A DNA stretch of 64,000 nucleotides, from contig JACQES010000074.1 of the NCBI GenBank assembly GCA_016200495.1, positions 177-64,176 on the forward strand, written 5' to 3'. The translations under genes were made by a program, and so were the position numbers. Below are positions 26,493 through 36,419 of the stretch, piece after piece; within the stretch, counting starts at the first letter, position 1, and each line of letters opens with the position of its first letter. The notes beneath the pieces were generated by a model, which had not been told where the DNA came from, did no database searches, and saw nothing but the letters and a program-made list of their open reading frames with translations. This stretch comes from Gemmatimonadota bacterium. GTDB taxonomy: Bacteria > Gemmatimonadota > Gemmatimonadetes > Gemmatimonadales > Gemmatimonadaceae.

Positions 26493-27602
26493 TCACGGCG
26501 TCCGGACCTTGGGCGTCGGCCCGCCGGTGATCACCGCATTCACCTGCGCGATCACGTTGGTCGCTTCGGGCGCGTCGAGGTTCGTCAGCACCACCACGTC
26601 CACGTCGTGCTCCGGGAACGACATGTACTCGGCCGCAACGCCGGGCGCGCCCCCGTTGTGCCCCACCGACCGCCATCCGTTGATCGTGAGGTCGCCGAAG
26701 CCATACGCGTACTTCACGCCGGGTACCATGTCCACCTTGCCCGCGGTGAACTCGGCCAGCGTCGCCGCACCCACGAGCTTTCCGCCCCACAAGGCGCGAG
26801 CGAATGCCACGAGGCTCGCCGCGTCGGAGTAGGCGCCACCGGCGGGACTCGACGAGGCCTCGATGAACCCCGAGTTGTCCTGCGCCTCGCGCGCGCCCGG
26901 CGGCGTCGCGTACCCGATCGCGTAGCCGCGCTCCGGCAAGGGTAGCGTGACGAACGTCGCCCCCGACATGTTCGCCTTCTCGAGCACGTGCGTGCGCACG
27001 TAGTCGAAGTAGTTCATCCCCGACACCCGCTCGACGATCATCCCGAGCGTCGCGAACCCGGCGTTGCTGTACTGGAACTTGGCCCCGGGCCGGAAGTCGA
27101 GCGGATCCTCGGCATAGAACCGCGCCAGGTCCGCGGCGCGCGTGATCTTCACGCGGTCGCGCAGGTACCAGCGCTTGAAGTACATGTTGAGCCCCGACGT
27201 GTGCGTGAGGAGGTGCCGCACGAGGACGTTCTCGCGGACGTCCGCATTCGGGAAGTCCGGCAGGTAGCGCCCCACGGGGGCGTTCACGTCCACCTTCCCT
27301 TGCTCAACAAGTTGGGCGATCGCCACCGCCGTCCACATCTTGTTCATGGAGCCCAGGTTGAAGCGCGTCTCGAGCGTGTTCGGCACGTGCTTGACGCGAT
27401 CGGCCTCGCCGTACGCGGCCGAATAGACGGGACGTCCCTTGCAGGCGACGAGCACGACGCCGGAGAACGTCTTCGCGGCCGCATGCTCGGCGAGCAGCGG
27501 GGTGATCTTCTGCTCGAGGCGATCGTGGAGCGCGGGATCGCAGTCGGGCGCCGGCGTGCGCGCGAGGACGGCCAGGGCGAGCGCGAGCGTGATGGGCAAC
27601 AT
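26493..27602 (-). CDS. Exported serine hydrolase (beta-lactamase class C / penicillin-binding-protein-like family)
   Basis: ORF 26493..27662. The ATG at 27602 gives the signal peptide MLPITLALALAVLA. The SxxK motif is present (LGSMNKMW). Confidence 0.88.
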   Translation of the reverse strand: MLPITLALALAVLARTPAPDCDPALHDRLEQKITPLLAEHAAAKTFSGVVLVACKGRPVYSAAYGEADRVKHVPNTLETRFNLGSMNKMWTAVAIAQLVEQGKVDVNAPVGRYLPDFPNADVRENVLVRHLLTHTSGLNMYFKRWYLRDRVKITRAADLARFYAEDPLDFRPGAKFQYSNAGFATLGMIVERVSGMNYFDYVRTHVLEKANMSGATFVTLPLPERGYAIGYATPPGAREAQDNSGFIEASSSPAGGAYSDAASLVAFARALWGGKLVGAATLAEFTAGKVDMVPGVKYAYGFGDLTINGWRSVGHNGGAPGVAAEYMSFPEHDVDVVVLTNLDAPEATNVIAQVNAVITGGPTPKVRTP

Positions 27603-27866
27603 GGGTCCGTGGGGTGATGGCGGGAATCGCTGGAGAATCGTTGTGCGTATGACACGGAGCACGCGCGAAGGGTGCCCGATCTCTCTCTGCGCAGGATCGT
27701 TCTAGCGATGCTCGTGATCGGCCGCGCTCGACGGTGCGGTCGCCGTGCGCACGCACCCCCCGTTGGCCGCGGCAGAGCCGGTGGCAGCGCTTGCGTCCTG
27801 ATTGGCGAATCGGCGTACCGCGGCGTAGCATCTCGGGGCACCGCGACCCCCACTCGGGCCTGACGC

Positions 27867-29696
27867 ATGCCGCTCTCGTCCCTCCGCTTCCCCTCGCTCC
27901 TCGCCGTCGCGCTGCTTGTCGTGACCGGCGCCCCTCGCGCCGCGGCACAACCCGCGGACGGCCGCCCCTACCCGCGCGTGCCCGGCCGGTTCACGGTCAC
28001 GATCGAGCGCGACGTCATGGTCCCGATGCGCGACGGAACGAAGCTGGCCACCGACATCTACCGGCCGACCGGGCTCTCCGAAGCACGACCGACGATCCTG
28101 ATCCGCACGCCGTACAACAAGGGCGCCAACCCGAACGGCGACAACGGCGCGCGCTTCTTCGCGTCGCACGGCTACACCGTCGCCGTGCAGGACGTGCGCG
28201 GCAAGTTCGCCTCCGAGGGCTCATTCCGTGTGTACGAGGGCGACATGACCGACTGGTCGGACATGTTCGACTGGATCGGCAAGCAGCCGTGGTCGTCGGG
28301 CAACATCGGCACGTACGGCTGCTCCTACCTCGGCGAGGGACAGATCATCGCCGCGCAGCAGCGGCATCCGCGCCACGTCGCCGCGATTGCGCAGGCCGCG
28401 GGCGGCAACCTGGGCCGCGCCGGCCGCCGCCGGCAGTTCTGGGGATCGGTCGAGGGCGGCGCCTTCTCGATCTCGATCAACTTCGGCTGGATGCCCGTGT
28501 ATGCGTCGCTCGACAAGGGCGCGCGCCCCATGCCCAAGGTCGACCTCGCGACCTGGTTCAAGACGCTCCCCGTCATCGACATGACCGACCGCGCCGGCTC
28601 GCCGTCGTGGGACTGGCGCAATTTCCTCGAGCGCTCGCCCGACGATCCGTGGTGGGACGCGAAGGGCTACCTCACCGACACCGACAGCGTCGGCATCGCC
28701 GCGCTCCACGTGTCGTCGTGGTTCGACATGGCCGAGGAGGCGCTCGAGGAGGCGCGCATCTTCCGCGTCAACGGGACCACGGACCGTGCGCGCAGCGGGC
28801 AGTACGCCATCATCTCGCCGTCCACGCATTGCGCGTCGGAAGCCTATGGCGCCAACGCGACGTCGGGCGAACTCGCCGTCGGCGACGCCCGCCTCCGCTA
28901 CTGGGACACCTACCTCGCCTGGTTCGACCGCTGGCTCAACGGCAACGTGCACGCGCTCGACTCGCTGCCGCGCTTCCAGTACTACACGATCGGCCGCAAC
29001 GCCTGGCAGTCGTCCGACCGTTGGCCCGTGGCCGGCATGAAGGAGACCGCGTTCTACCTCACGAGCGACGGCGGCGCCAACACCGCGTCGGGCAACGGGC
29101 GCCTCATGCTGGCCAAGCCGGCGCGCGCGGCCGTCGACACCTTCACCTACGATCCCGAGAATCCGGTTCCGTCGCGCGGCGGCTCCATCTGCTGCACCGG
29201 CAACCCCAAGGACCAGCCCGGCTCGTACAACCAGGCCGACATCGAGCAGCGGCCCGACGTGCTCGTGTACACGGGCGAGGTGCTCAAGGAAGGCCTGGAG
29301 CTGACCGGTGCGATGCGGGCCGTCATCAGCATCAGCTCCGACGCCCCGGATACCGACCTCACCGTCAAGCTCATTGACGTGTTCCCCGACGGGCGCGCCA
29401 TGAACATCGAGGAGGGGATCACGCGCGTGCGCTACCGCGATTCGTTCGCGAAGCCCACGATGCTCACGCCGGGCAAGGTGGTCGAGGTGCCCGTGCACCT
29501 GCACGCCACTTCGTGGTTCCTCGCGCCGGGGCACCGGCTGCGCGTGGAAGTCTCGAGCTCCAACTTCCCGCGCTTCGACCGGAACCTGAACACGGGCGGG
29601 CACAACTACGACGAGACCACGTTCCGCGTCGCGCACACCAAGGTGCACACGGGGCCGGTCACGGCGTCGCGGCTCATTCTCCCGGTGGTCAAGTAG
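27867..29696 (+). CDS. Exported CocE/NonD-family hydrolase (S15 X-Pro dipeptidyl-peptidase-like)
   Basis: 609-aa ORF with a signal peptide. Motifs: MRDGTKLATDIYRP, GYTVAVQDVRGKFASEG, nucleophile elbow GCSYLG. Confidence 0.9.
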   Translation: MPLSSLRFPSLLAVALLVVTGAPRAAAQPADGRPYPRVPGRFTVTIERDVMVPMRDGTKLATDIYRPTGLSEARPTILIRTPYNKGANPNGDNGARFFASHGYTVAVQDVRGKFASEGSFRVYEGDMTDWSDMFDWIGKQPWSSGNIGTYGCSYLGEGQIIAAQQRHPRHVAAIAQAAGGNLGRAGRRRQFWGSVEGGAFSISINFGWMPVYASLDKGARPMPKVDLATWFKTLPVIDMTDRAGSPSWDWRNFLERSPDDPWWDAKGYLTDTDSVGIAALHVSSWFDMAEEALEEARIFRVNGTTDRARSGQYAIISPSTHCASEAYGANATSGELAVGDARLRYWDTYLAWFDRWLNGNVHALDSLPRFQYYTIGRNAWQSSDRWPVAGMKETAFYLTSDGGANTASGNGRLMLAKPARAAVDTFTYDPENPVPSRGGSICCTGNPKDQPGSYNQADIEQRPDVLVYTGEVLKEGLELTGAMRAVISISSDAPDTDLTVKLIDVFPDGRAMNIEEGITRVRYRDSFAKPTMLTPGKVVEVPVHLHATSWFLAPGHRLRVEVSSSNFPRFDRNLNTGGHNYDETTFRVAHTKVHTGPVTASRLILPVVK

Positions 29697-29780
29697 CGGC
29701 CGCGTCGTCTTGCGAGGGCTCCGCCGACCGGTATCATCCCCGGGCAGGGTTCGCACACCACACCGGGCGGAGCTGAGTGC

Positions 29781-31781
29781 ATGATGCGTCGTGTCGTCAT
29801 CTGGTCGGCTGCGCTGTGGGGCGCCTCGCTCGGCGCCCAGTCTCCCGCCTTCACGCGCGCGCAAGCCGACCAGGGCGCCGCCGTCTACGCCAGGAGCTGC
29901 GCCTCCTGCCACGGCCAGCGCCTCGACGACGGCCTCGCGCTCCCCCTCGCCGGCCCGCAGTTCCTCGCGCGCTGGACCGGTCCCGCGCGCTCGCTCGGCG
30001 ACCTGCATCGCGTCACGCGCACCACGATGCCCAAGAACGCGGGGCGCTCGCTGCCGGATGCCGACTATGCCGCGGTCGTCGCGTACATGCTCGAGCGCAA
30101 CGGCTACGCGGTGAGCGCCGCCCCGCTTGTCGCCAGCGCGGCGATCGACTCGCTGCATCTCGCGCCACCCACCGGCCTCGCGGCGCAGCCGCGCCGCCTC
30201 CCCGCTCCGGAGTTCGTGCGCGGCCCCAACGGCTTGGCTCCCACCGGCACGGGTCCCGACCAGAAGCAGCTCATCGCACCCGCCGCCGGCGACTGGCTCA
30301 CCCACACGCGCGACTTCGCCGGCACGCGCTACTCGCCGCTCACGCAGATCACCGCCGCCAACGCGCCCCAGCTTCGCCCCGCGTGCGTCTACCAGGTCGG
30401 CGAGAACGTGAATTTCCAGAGCGGCCCCGTCGTGTACGAGGGGGTGCTGTACCTGACCGCCGGCAACGTCACCATCGCGCTCGACGCCGCCACCTGCCGC
30501 GAGAAGTGGCGGCACACCTGGACGCAGGTCGCCGCCGCGATTCCCGTCAACAACCGCGGCGTGGCCATCAAGGATGGGCGCGTCTTCCGCGGCACGATGG
30601 ACGGCTACCTGCTCGCGCTCGATCGCGCGACCGGTACCCTGCTCTGGGCACGCCACGTGGGCGATGCCGCGAAGGGCGAGACCTTCCCCATGCCACCGCT
30701 CGCGGCCGATTCCCTCGTCTTCCTCGGTCCGGCCGTGGGCGAACTCGCCATCCGCGGCTGGATGGCCGCCTTCCGCGCCGACAATGGCGCTCCTGTCTGG
30801 CGCTTCAACATCGTCCCCGCACCCGGCGAGCCCGGCTCCGAAACCTGGCAGATGAAGGGCAACCTCCCCGTGGGCGGCGGCGCCGTGTGGACGCCGCTCT
30901 CGTTCGACGCCGACAAGGGGCTCCTCTTCGTCGCCGCCGCGAACCCCGCGCCCGACCTGCCGGAGAAGCTGCGCGGCGGCATCAACCTCTACACCAACTC
31001 GATCATCGCGCTCGACGCGCGCACCGGCAAGCTCGCCTGGTATGACCAGATGGTGCCCAACGACGACCACGACTGGGACATCACGCAGGTGAGCCCGCTC
31101 TATCGCGCCACCGTCAACGGCGCGCCACGCAACCTGGTCGCCACCGCGGGCAAGGACGGCATGCTGCGCGTCGTGGATCGTGACTCGCACAAGCGCGTGT
31201 TCGAAGTGCCCGTCACCACGCGCGTGAACGCCGACGCCGACGTCACCAACAAGGGGACGCACGCCTGCCCCGGCGTCTTCGGTGGCGTCCAGTGGAACGG
31301 GCCCGCCTTCCACCCGGGCACCAACACGCTCGTCACCCCCGCCGTGGATTGGTGCGCGACCTTCACGCTCGACGACACGGTCAAGTTCGTGCCGGGCCAG
31401 ATGTACATGGGAGGCCAGGTGTCCATCGACTCGGCATGGGGCGGCTGGATCACCGCGGTCGACGCGAGCACCGGCACCGTGCGGTGGAAGCACAAGTCCG
31501 ACGCCCCCGTCATCGGCGCCGTCACCTCCACCGCGGGCAGTCTCATCTTCGCCGGCGAGCTGAACGGCGACTTCCTCGCGATAGACGCGCGCACCGGGGC
31601 CGTGCGCTACCGCTTCAACACCGGCGGCGCGATCGGCGGCGGCATCGTCACGTATGCGGTGAACGGTGCGCAGTACGTGGCCGTCGCCTCCGGCCGTCCC
31701 TCCGCCTTCTGGGCCAAGGCACACCCCGGCGCGCCCACCATCGTCATCTTCTCCCTTCCCACGACAGGACGCACGCCGTGA
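29781..31781 (+). CDS. Exported PQQ-dependent dehydrogenase (beta-propeller) with an N-terminal mono-haem cytochrome c domain
   Basis: 666-aa ORF with a signal peptide. Haem motif CASCH is about 40 residues in. The PQQ-dehydrogenase entry motif is WLTHTRDFAGTRYSPLTQIT..N. Repeated W-docking blades are present. Confidence 0.88.
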   Translation: MMRRVVIWSAALWGASLGAQSPAFTRAQADQGAAVYARSCASCHGQRLDDGLALPLAGPQFLARWTGPARSLGDLHRVTRTTMPKNAGRSLPDADYAAVVAYMLERNGYAVSAAPLVASAAIDSLHLAPPTGLAAQPRRLPAPEFVRGPNGLAPTGTGPDQKQLIAPAAGDWLTHTRDFAGTRYSPLTQITAANAPQLRPACVYQVGENVNFQSGPVVYEGVLYLTAGNVTIALDAATCREKWRHTWTQVAAAIPVNNRGVAIKDGRVFRGTMDGYLLALDRATGTLLWARHVGDAAKGETFPMPPLAADSLVFLGPAVGELAIRGWMAAFRADNGAPVWRFNIVPAPGEPGSETWQMKGNLPVGGGAVWTPLSFDADKGLLFVAAANPAPDLPEKLRGGINLYTNSIIALDARTGKLAWYDQMVPNDDHDWDITQVSPLYRATVNGAPRNLVATAGKDGMLRVVDRDSHKRVFEVPVTTRVNADADVTNKGTHACPGVFGGVQWNGPAFHPGTNTLVTPAVDWCATFTLDDTVKFVPGQMYMGGQVSIDSAWGGWITAVDASTGTVRWKHKSDAPVIGAVTSTAGSLIFAGELNGDFLAIDARTGAVRYRFNTGGAIGGGIVTYAVNGAQYVAVASGRPSAFWAKAHPGAPTIVIFSLPTTGRTP

Positions 31782-32320
31782 TGATCGTTCGCTTCGCCAT
31801 CGTCGCGGTGCTCCTCGGCACCATTGCCTGCGAGAAGCCCGCCCCCGCGCCGCCTCCCTTCCAGCCCGGCGCCACCGTCAAGCAGGTGATGGCCGAGGTC
31901 CTCGAGCCAGCCGCCGACACGTACTGGGACGCCGTCGGTTCCGTGTCCGACAAGGACGGCACGCACGAGCACGCGCCGAGCACGGACGAGGAGTGGGCGG
32001 CGATTCGCCGCGCCGGCACCGTCATCATGGAGAGCGGCAACCTCCTCATGATGCCCGGCCGGGCCCGCGACAACGACAAGTGGATGGCGCTCGCCAAGGA
32101 CTTGGTCGCCACCGGCCGCAAGGCGCGCGAGGCCGCCGAGGCCAGGGACAAGCAGAAGGTTTTCGACGCGGGCGCCGAGGTCTACCAGTCGTGCACCAAC
32201 TGCCATGCGGTCTATCCCGTGACGGTGCCCGCCGAAGCGGCCGCCGCGAGCCCCGCGGCGAGCCCCGCAGTGAGCTCGCCCGCGCCGGCGCCCGTGCGCG
32301 CAAGCAAGCCCGCGCCCTGA
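31781..32320 (+). CDS. Lipoprotein cytochrome c with a C-terminal CxxCH (class II / cytochrome c'-like layout)
   Basis: This is the 3' part of ORF 31292..32320. The ATG at 31781 overlaps the upstream TGA by 1 nt. A lipobox is present (LLGTIAC). The only haem motif, CTNCH, lies near the C-terminus and is followed by an Ala/Pro/Ser tail. Confidence 0.78.
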   Translation: MIVRFAIVAVLLGTIACEKPAPAPPPFQPGATVKQVMAEVLEPAADTYWDAVGSVSDKDGTHEHAPSTDEEWAAIRRAGTVIMESGNLLMMPGRARDNDKWMALAKDLVATGRKAREAAEARDKQKVFDAGAEVYQSCTNCHAVYPVTVPAEAAAASPAASPAVSSPAPAPVRASKPAP

Positions 32321-32324
32321 GCGC

Positions 32325-32915
32325 GTGTCCCTCGAGGCCTTCTTCACCTGGATGGGCGACACGCCGTGGAGCATCGCGCTCCACGAATCGCAGTACGTGT
32401 GGCCGTTCACCGAGTCCGTGCACGTGCTCACGCTCGCGCTCTTCGCGGGCTCGGCCATGCTGCTCGACCTGCGGCTGCTGGGCGTCGGCTTCACGCAGTT
32501 TCCCATCACCTTCTTCACGGGCCGCCTGCTCCCGTGGACGCGTAGCGCCTTCGCGGTGATGGTGACGACGGGGCTCGCGCTCTTCTACGCGCAGCCGCTC
32601 ACCTACTACCACTCCGTCTTCTTCCGCCTCAAGGTCATCCTGCTCGTGGTGGCCGGCGTCAACGTGCTCGTGTTTCACACGCGCACGCAGCGCACCATCG
32701 CCGCGTGGGACACGGTCACGCCGCCGCCGCGCGCGGCGCGCATCGCGGCCATCGTCTCGCTCGCCGCATGGGCGGGCGTGATCGTCAGCGGGCGGCTCGT
32801 CGCCTACAACTGGTTCGACTGCACCCTCCACGCGCAGCCCGCGTGGGTCAACTTGGCCGCGGACTGTCCGGCGCCCGGCGCGTCGAGCCCAACGGGCACA
32901 GCGGGCGCCCCATGA
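32325..32915 (+). CDS. Integral membrane protein, DUF6644-like (family name from memory)
   Basis: 196-aa ORF with a GTG start at 32325. Motif ...ESVHVLTLALFAGSAMLLDLRLLG... About 4 TM helices. Confidence 0.78.
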   Translation: MSLEAFFTWMGDTPWSIALHESQYVWPFTESVHVLTLALFAGSAMLLDLRLLGVGFTQFPITFFTGRLLPWTRSAFAVMVTTGLALFYAQPLTYYHSVFFRLKVILLVVAGVNVLVFHTRTQRTIAAWDTVTPPPRAARIAAIVSLAAWAGVIVSGRLVAYNWFDCTLHAQPAWVNLAADCPAPGASSPTGTAGAP

Positions 32916-33394
32916 GTCCCGACTGGCTCCCCTTCTTCGAGTGGTGCGAGGCGTCGTGGCTCGGCCAGTTCGTGCGCACCTCGATCTGGCTCTTTCCCGT
33001 GATCGAGGCCATCCACCTGCTCGCGCTCTCGTCGCTCGGCGGCGCCGTCCTGCTCGTGGACCTGCGCGCGCTGGGCCTCGCCCTCACCGACCAGCCCATC
33101 GGCGCCCTCGCGCGCGCCGCCAGCCGGTGGCTCTGGTGGAGCACCGCCGTCATGCTCGTCACCGGCGTCCTCCTCTTCATGTCCGAGGCGGTCAAGTGCT
33201 TCCACAATCCCGCCTTTGCGGTGAAGATCGCCGCGCTCCCGTTCGCGCTCGGCTACACCGCGTTCATCCGCGCGCGTGTGCTGCGCGATGATGCGCTTGT
33301 CACGGGCACGAAGAGCCGGCTCGTCGCGCTCGGCTCCATCGCGCTCTGGTTCACCGTGGCGGCGGCGGGGCGGTGGATCGGGTTTTCGTCCTGA
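32912..33394 (+). CDS. Integral membrane protein, paralogue of the preceding gene
   Basis: This is the 3' part of ORF 32705..33394. The ATG at 32912 overlaps the upstream TGA (ATGA). IEAIHLLALSSLGGAVLLVDLRALG aligns with the motif of the upstream protein. Confidence 0.78.
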   Translation: MSPDWLPFFEWCEASWLGQFVRTSIWLFPVIEAIHLLALSSLGGAVLLVDLRALGLALTDQPIGALARAASRWLWWSTAVMLVTGVLLFMSEAVKCFHNPAFAVKIAALPFALGYTAFIRARVLRDDALVTGTKSRLVALGSIALWFTVAAAGRWIGFSS

Positions 33395-33471
33395 ACGAGC
33401 GTTCGCACGCCGCGTCGAGCCGAACCACCCGTCCGCTCGCCCGGGCCCGGTGCCGCGCCACCGGGCGAGCC

Positions 33472-34146
33472 TCAGGGAGTGCGCGACGCGCTCCGCGCGG
33501 AGACGTGGCGCGCGGCGAGTGCCAAGGCGGCGCACGCTGGCGTCACGAGGGCGTCGTCCGCTCGCAACAGCCACAGCGTGATGCCGTCGTACGCCGTCCA
33601 GACGACGGGGAGCAGCCAGAGCCACCAGGGGCTGCGCCGCACCAGCAGTACGCCGAACGTCGCCGTCACCGTCGGGTCTGGCGCGCTACCGAACCACTCG
33701 GCTTGCCACCACGGGCGCCCCAGGACCGGACCGAGGAGCGGCAGGCCCAGCATCCCGAAGGCGATCAACCACGGGCCCACGCTGGGAGCGATGGAACCGG
33801 CGCGCCAGCCACGAGCCGGATGGCGAGCGGCGACGCCCGCGAGCAGCGCGCCCTCGAGCGCGAATGCCGCCGCGAACCAGTACCCGAAGGTGTGAATCGT
33901 GCGGTAGTCGCGCACGAAGTAGCTCCACGCCACGAGGCCCCACGCCACGGCCAGGAAGCCGGTCGCGAACCGGGCCACGCGCGCGCCGGTTCGGGCGAGT
34001 GGCGCGAGAGCCGCGAGACCGACCGCGTGCGTGAGGAGCGGAAGCGGCCAGAGCGCCTGGTTGTGCAGCGCGAAGAGTCGGTGGTAGGTGCGCGCCGAGA
34101 ACATCAGGAAGTCCCGGGGGGCGTACGTCCACCAGCCGCCGGTCAT
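33472..34146 (-). CDS. Integral membrane protein of unknown function
   Basis: This is the last 224 codons of ORF 33472..34863. The ATG at 34146 overlaps the upstream TGA (ATGA). It is Trp-rich and hydrophobic (MTGGWWTYAPRDFLMFSARTYHRLF..., SPWWLWLLPVVWTAY). Confidence 0.75.
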   Translation of the reverse strand: MTGGWWTYAPRDFLMFSARTYHRLFALHNQALWPLPLLTHAVGLAALAPLARTGARVARFATGFLAVAWGLVAWSYFVRDYRTIHTFGYWFAAAFALEGALLAGVAARHPARGWRAGSIAPSVGPWLIAFGMLGLPLLGPVLGRPWWQAEWFGSAPDPTVTATFGVLLVRRSPWWLWLLPVVWTAYDGITLWLLRADDALVTPACAALALAARHVSARSASRTP

Positions 34147-35090
34147 GACGACTCGATCCAGGCGACCATGCGACGGCGCTGTGTCGCGTCGGGCAAGGGG
34201 CCGTACGCGGCGTCCATGTTCTCGATGACGTGGGCGGGCTGGCTCGTGGCCGGAATCGCGCACGTCACCGCCGCGTGCGACACGACGAACTTGAGCAGGA
34301 ACTGCGGCCAGCTGGCGGCGCCGAACTCTCGTGCCCACGCGGGAAGCGGGCGCCGCGCGAAACGCGCCAGGAGCGCCCCCTCCTGGAATGGCCGGTTCAC
34401 GATGACCGCGATGCCGCGATCGCGCGCGAGGGGCAGGAGCCGGGCGTCGAGTTCGCGATCCACGATGTTGTAGGTGACCTGCACGAAATCCAGCGGCTGG
34501 GTGCGCACGAGGCGCTCCGTCTCGCTCGTCCGTCGCCCGTGCGACGTCGTGACGCCCACGTAGCGGATGGCGCCGGCGGCCTTCATCTCGAAGAGGCGCG
34601 GCAGGTGCGCCTCCCAGGCCTCGAGGTTGTGCACCTGCAGCAGGTCGAGTCGAGTCACGCCCCAACGCCGTCGCGTCTCCTCGGCCTGCGTCGGACCTTC
34701 GCTCGGGGAGGAACTCCAGATCTTGTCGGCGGCGAACACGCCCCGGGGTGAGCCGAGCGCGCGGAGTGCCGCGCCGATCACCTCCTGGGAGCTCCCGTAC
34801 ATCGGTGACGAGTCGATGAGACGTCCGCCCCTCGCGAAGAAGTGCCGGATGACCTCCGTGCACGCGAGACGCGCCTCGACATCCCGCCCGACATTGAACG
34901 TGATCCAGCTGCCGAGGCCGATGATGGGCAGTCGCTCCCCGCTCGAGGGAATGGGGCGGGTATGCACGTCCGGGGGTCCCTGCGTGCCGGCCATGCGCGC
35001 GGCCAGCAGCGAGGAGATCGCGCCGGCAGTGAGGGCCTGCAGCGCCGTCCGACGACCGGGAGATGCCGGGTCACGTGCGGGAGGCATCAC
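34143..35090 (-). CDS. Aldo/keto reductase with a Tat-like signal peptide
   Basis: 315-aa ORF. The N-terminus has GRRTALQALTAGAISSLLA. AKR motifs are present: LGSW..., IDSSPMYGSSQEVIG, and VTYNIVDRE. Confidence 0.88.
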   Translation of the reverse strand: MMPPARDPASPGRRTALQALTAGAISSLLAARMAGTQGPPDVHTRPIPSSGERLPIIGLGSWITFNVGRDVEARLACTEVIRHFFARGGRLIDSSPMYGSSQEVIGAALRALGSPRGVFAADKIWSSSPSEGPTQAEETRRRWGVTRLDLLQVHNLEAWEAHLPRLFEMKAAGAIRYVGVTTSHGRRTSETERLVRTQPLDFVQVTYNIVDRELDARLLPLARDRGIAVIVNRPFQEGALLARFARRPLPAWAREFGAASWPQFLLKFVVSHAAVTCAIPATSQPAHVIENMDAAYGPLPDATQRRRMVAWIESS

Positions 35091-35100
35091 GACGTCCGGG

Positions 35101-36276
35101 TCAGGGTCCGGGCCGCAGGCGCACGATCATGCCGTCGTCCAAGGACGGGTGCGTCCGCTCGATTCCGAGGTAAAGGAAGCCGTCCGGCCCCTGCTGCACC
35201 ACCCGGACGCGCCATCGCTGCTCCAGCAGCATGCGCTCCTCGCGCGGCGGTGCGCCCGGGGTGATGATCAGGCGGGCGAGGTAGCGCGGCGTCATGGCCC
35301 CCATGAAGAGGTTGCCCCGCCACGCCGGGAAGGCGGCACCCGTGTAGAACGCCAATCCGCTCAGCGCGGCGGAGGACGCGTAGTGGTGGATGGGCGGTTC
35401 CATGCCGGGAGCCTCCGTGCGCCCGTCGCCCACGAATCCCCCGCTGTATTCGCGACCGAAGGTGACCTCGGGCCAACCGTAGTTCGCACCGCGACGGATC
35501 ACGTTCACCTCGTCGCCACCCAACGGGCCGTGTTCACTCTCCCACAGGTCGCCCGTCGTCGGGTGAAACGCGAGGCCGTGCGGGTTCCGATGCCCCAGGC
35601 TCCAGATCTCCGGTCGGGCCCCGGCGCGGCCCACGAACGGGTTGTCGCGCGGCACGCGTCCGTCATCGAACAACCGGACGATCTTGCCGTGGTCCGTCCA
35701 GAGCTCCTGCGCCAGATCCTGCATGTGCCGCTCGCCGAGTCCGATGAACAGGTAGCCGTCGCGAAGCGCGAGGCGCGCGCCGAAATGGAAGTCGGTCGCG
35801 ACCGCAGGATACGCCGCGAACAGGCGCTGCCGGTCCACCAGCCGGCTGCCGCGCACCTGCGCCCGCTCCACCACGGTCGTCTTTCCGCTGTCCGTGCGCT
35901 CGGCGAATGCGTAGAACACCCATCCATTCCGTGCGTAGTCGGGGTGGACCACGACGTCGAGCATGCCCGCGTCGATCGAGTCGTACACGGCGGGCCCGCC
36001 CTCGAGCGCCGTGACGCGGCCGGATCGCAGGTCCAGCAGTGCGAGCCGGCCGGTGGGCCGGTCGCTGAGCAGTGCGCGTCCGTCCGGGAGAAAGGCGAGA
36101 CCGAAGGGAACGCGAAGGCCGGTGGCGGCGACCTCGGCCACGTATGGACCCGTGAGACCGTCGTAGGTCCAGCGCTGGCCGATCGTGTCGGGCCGGGGTG
36201 ATTGGGCGCTCGTGCGCTTCGGTTGAAGCAGGAACAGGGGAAGGAGCGCCATCGCCATCGCGGTACGCCCGTGCAT
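35101..36276 (-). CDS. Exported PQQ-dependent soluble sugar dehydrogenase (YliI / sorbosone dehydrogenase family)
   Basis: ORF 35101..36306. The ATG at 36276 gives a signal peptide. Motifs: GLAFLPDGRALL, DAGMLDVVVHPDY, HFGARLAL, EIWSLGHRNPHGLAFHP, ESEHGP.GGDEVN.I..G.NYGWP. Confidence 0.88.
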   Translation of the reverse strand: MHGRTAMAMALLPLFLLQPKRTSAQSPRPDTIGQRWTYDGLTGPYVAEVAATGLRVPFGLAFLPDGRALLSDRPTGRLALLDLRSGRVTALEGGPAVYDSIDAGMLDVVVHPDYARNGWVFYAFAERTDSGKTTVVERAQVRGSRLVDRQRLFAAYPAVATDFHFGARLALRDGYLFIGLGERHMQDLAQELWTDHGKIVRLFDDGRVPRDNPFVGRAGARPEIWSLGHRNPHGLAFHPTTGDLWESEHGPLGGDEVNVIRRGANYGWPEVTFGREYSGGFVGDGRTEAPGMEPPIHHYASSAALSGLAFYTGAAFPAWRGNLFMGAMTPRYLARLIITPGAPPREERMLLEQRWRVRVVQQGPDGFLYLGIERTHPSLDDGMIVRLRPGP

Positions 36277-36419
36277 GCGGTCCTCGCCGTTGGGTTGGGG
36301 GCGCACGCAGGGTGCGATGGCCGGCGCCGATGCGGCAACACCGGTGCGACGAGGCAGGCGATTTGTGCGACGAACGGGGCCGTTTGCGACGGCGGCGACG
36401 AGGCGCCTATACTCCGGGC

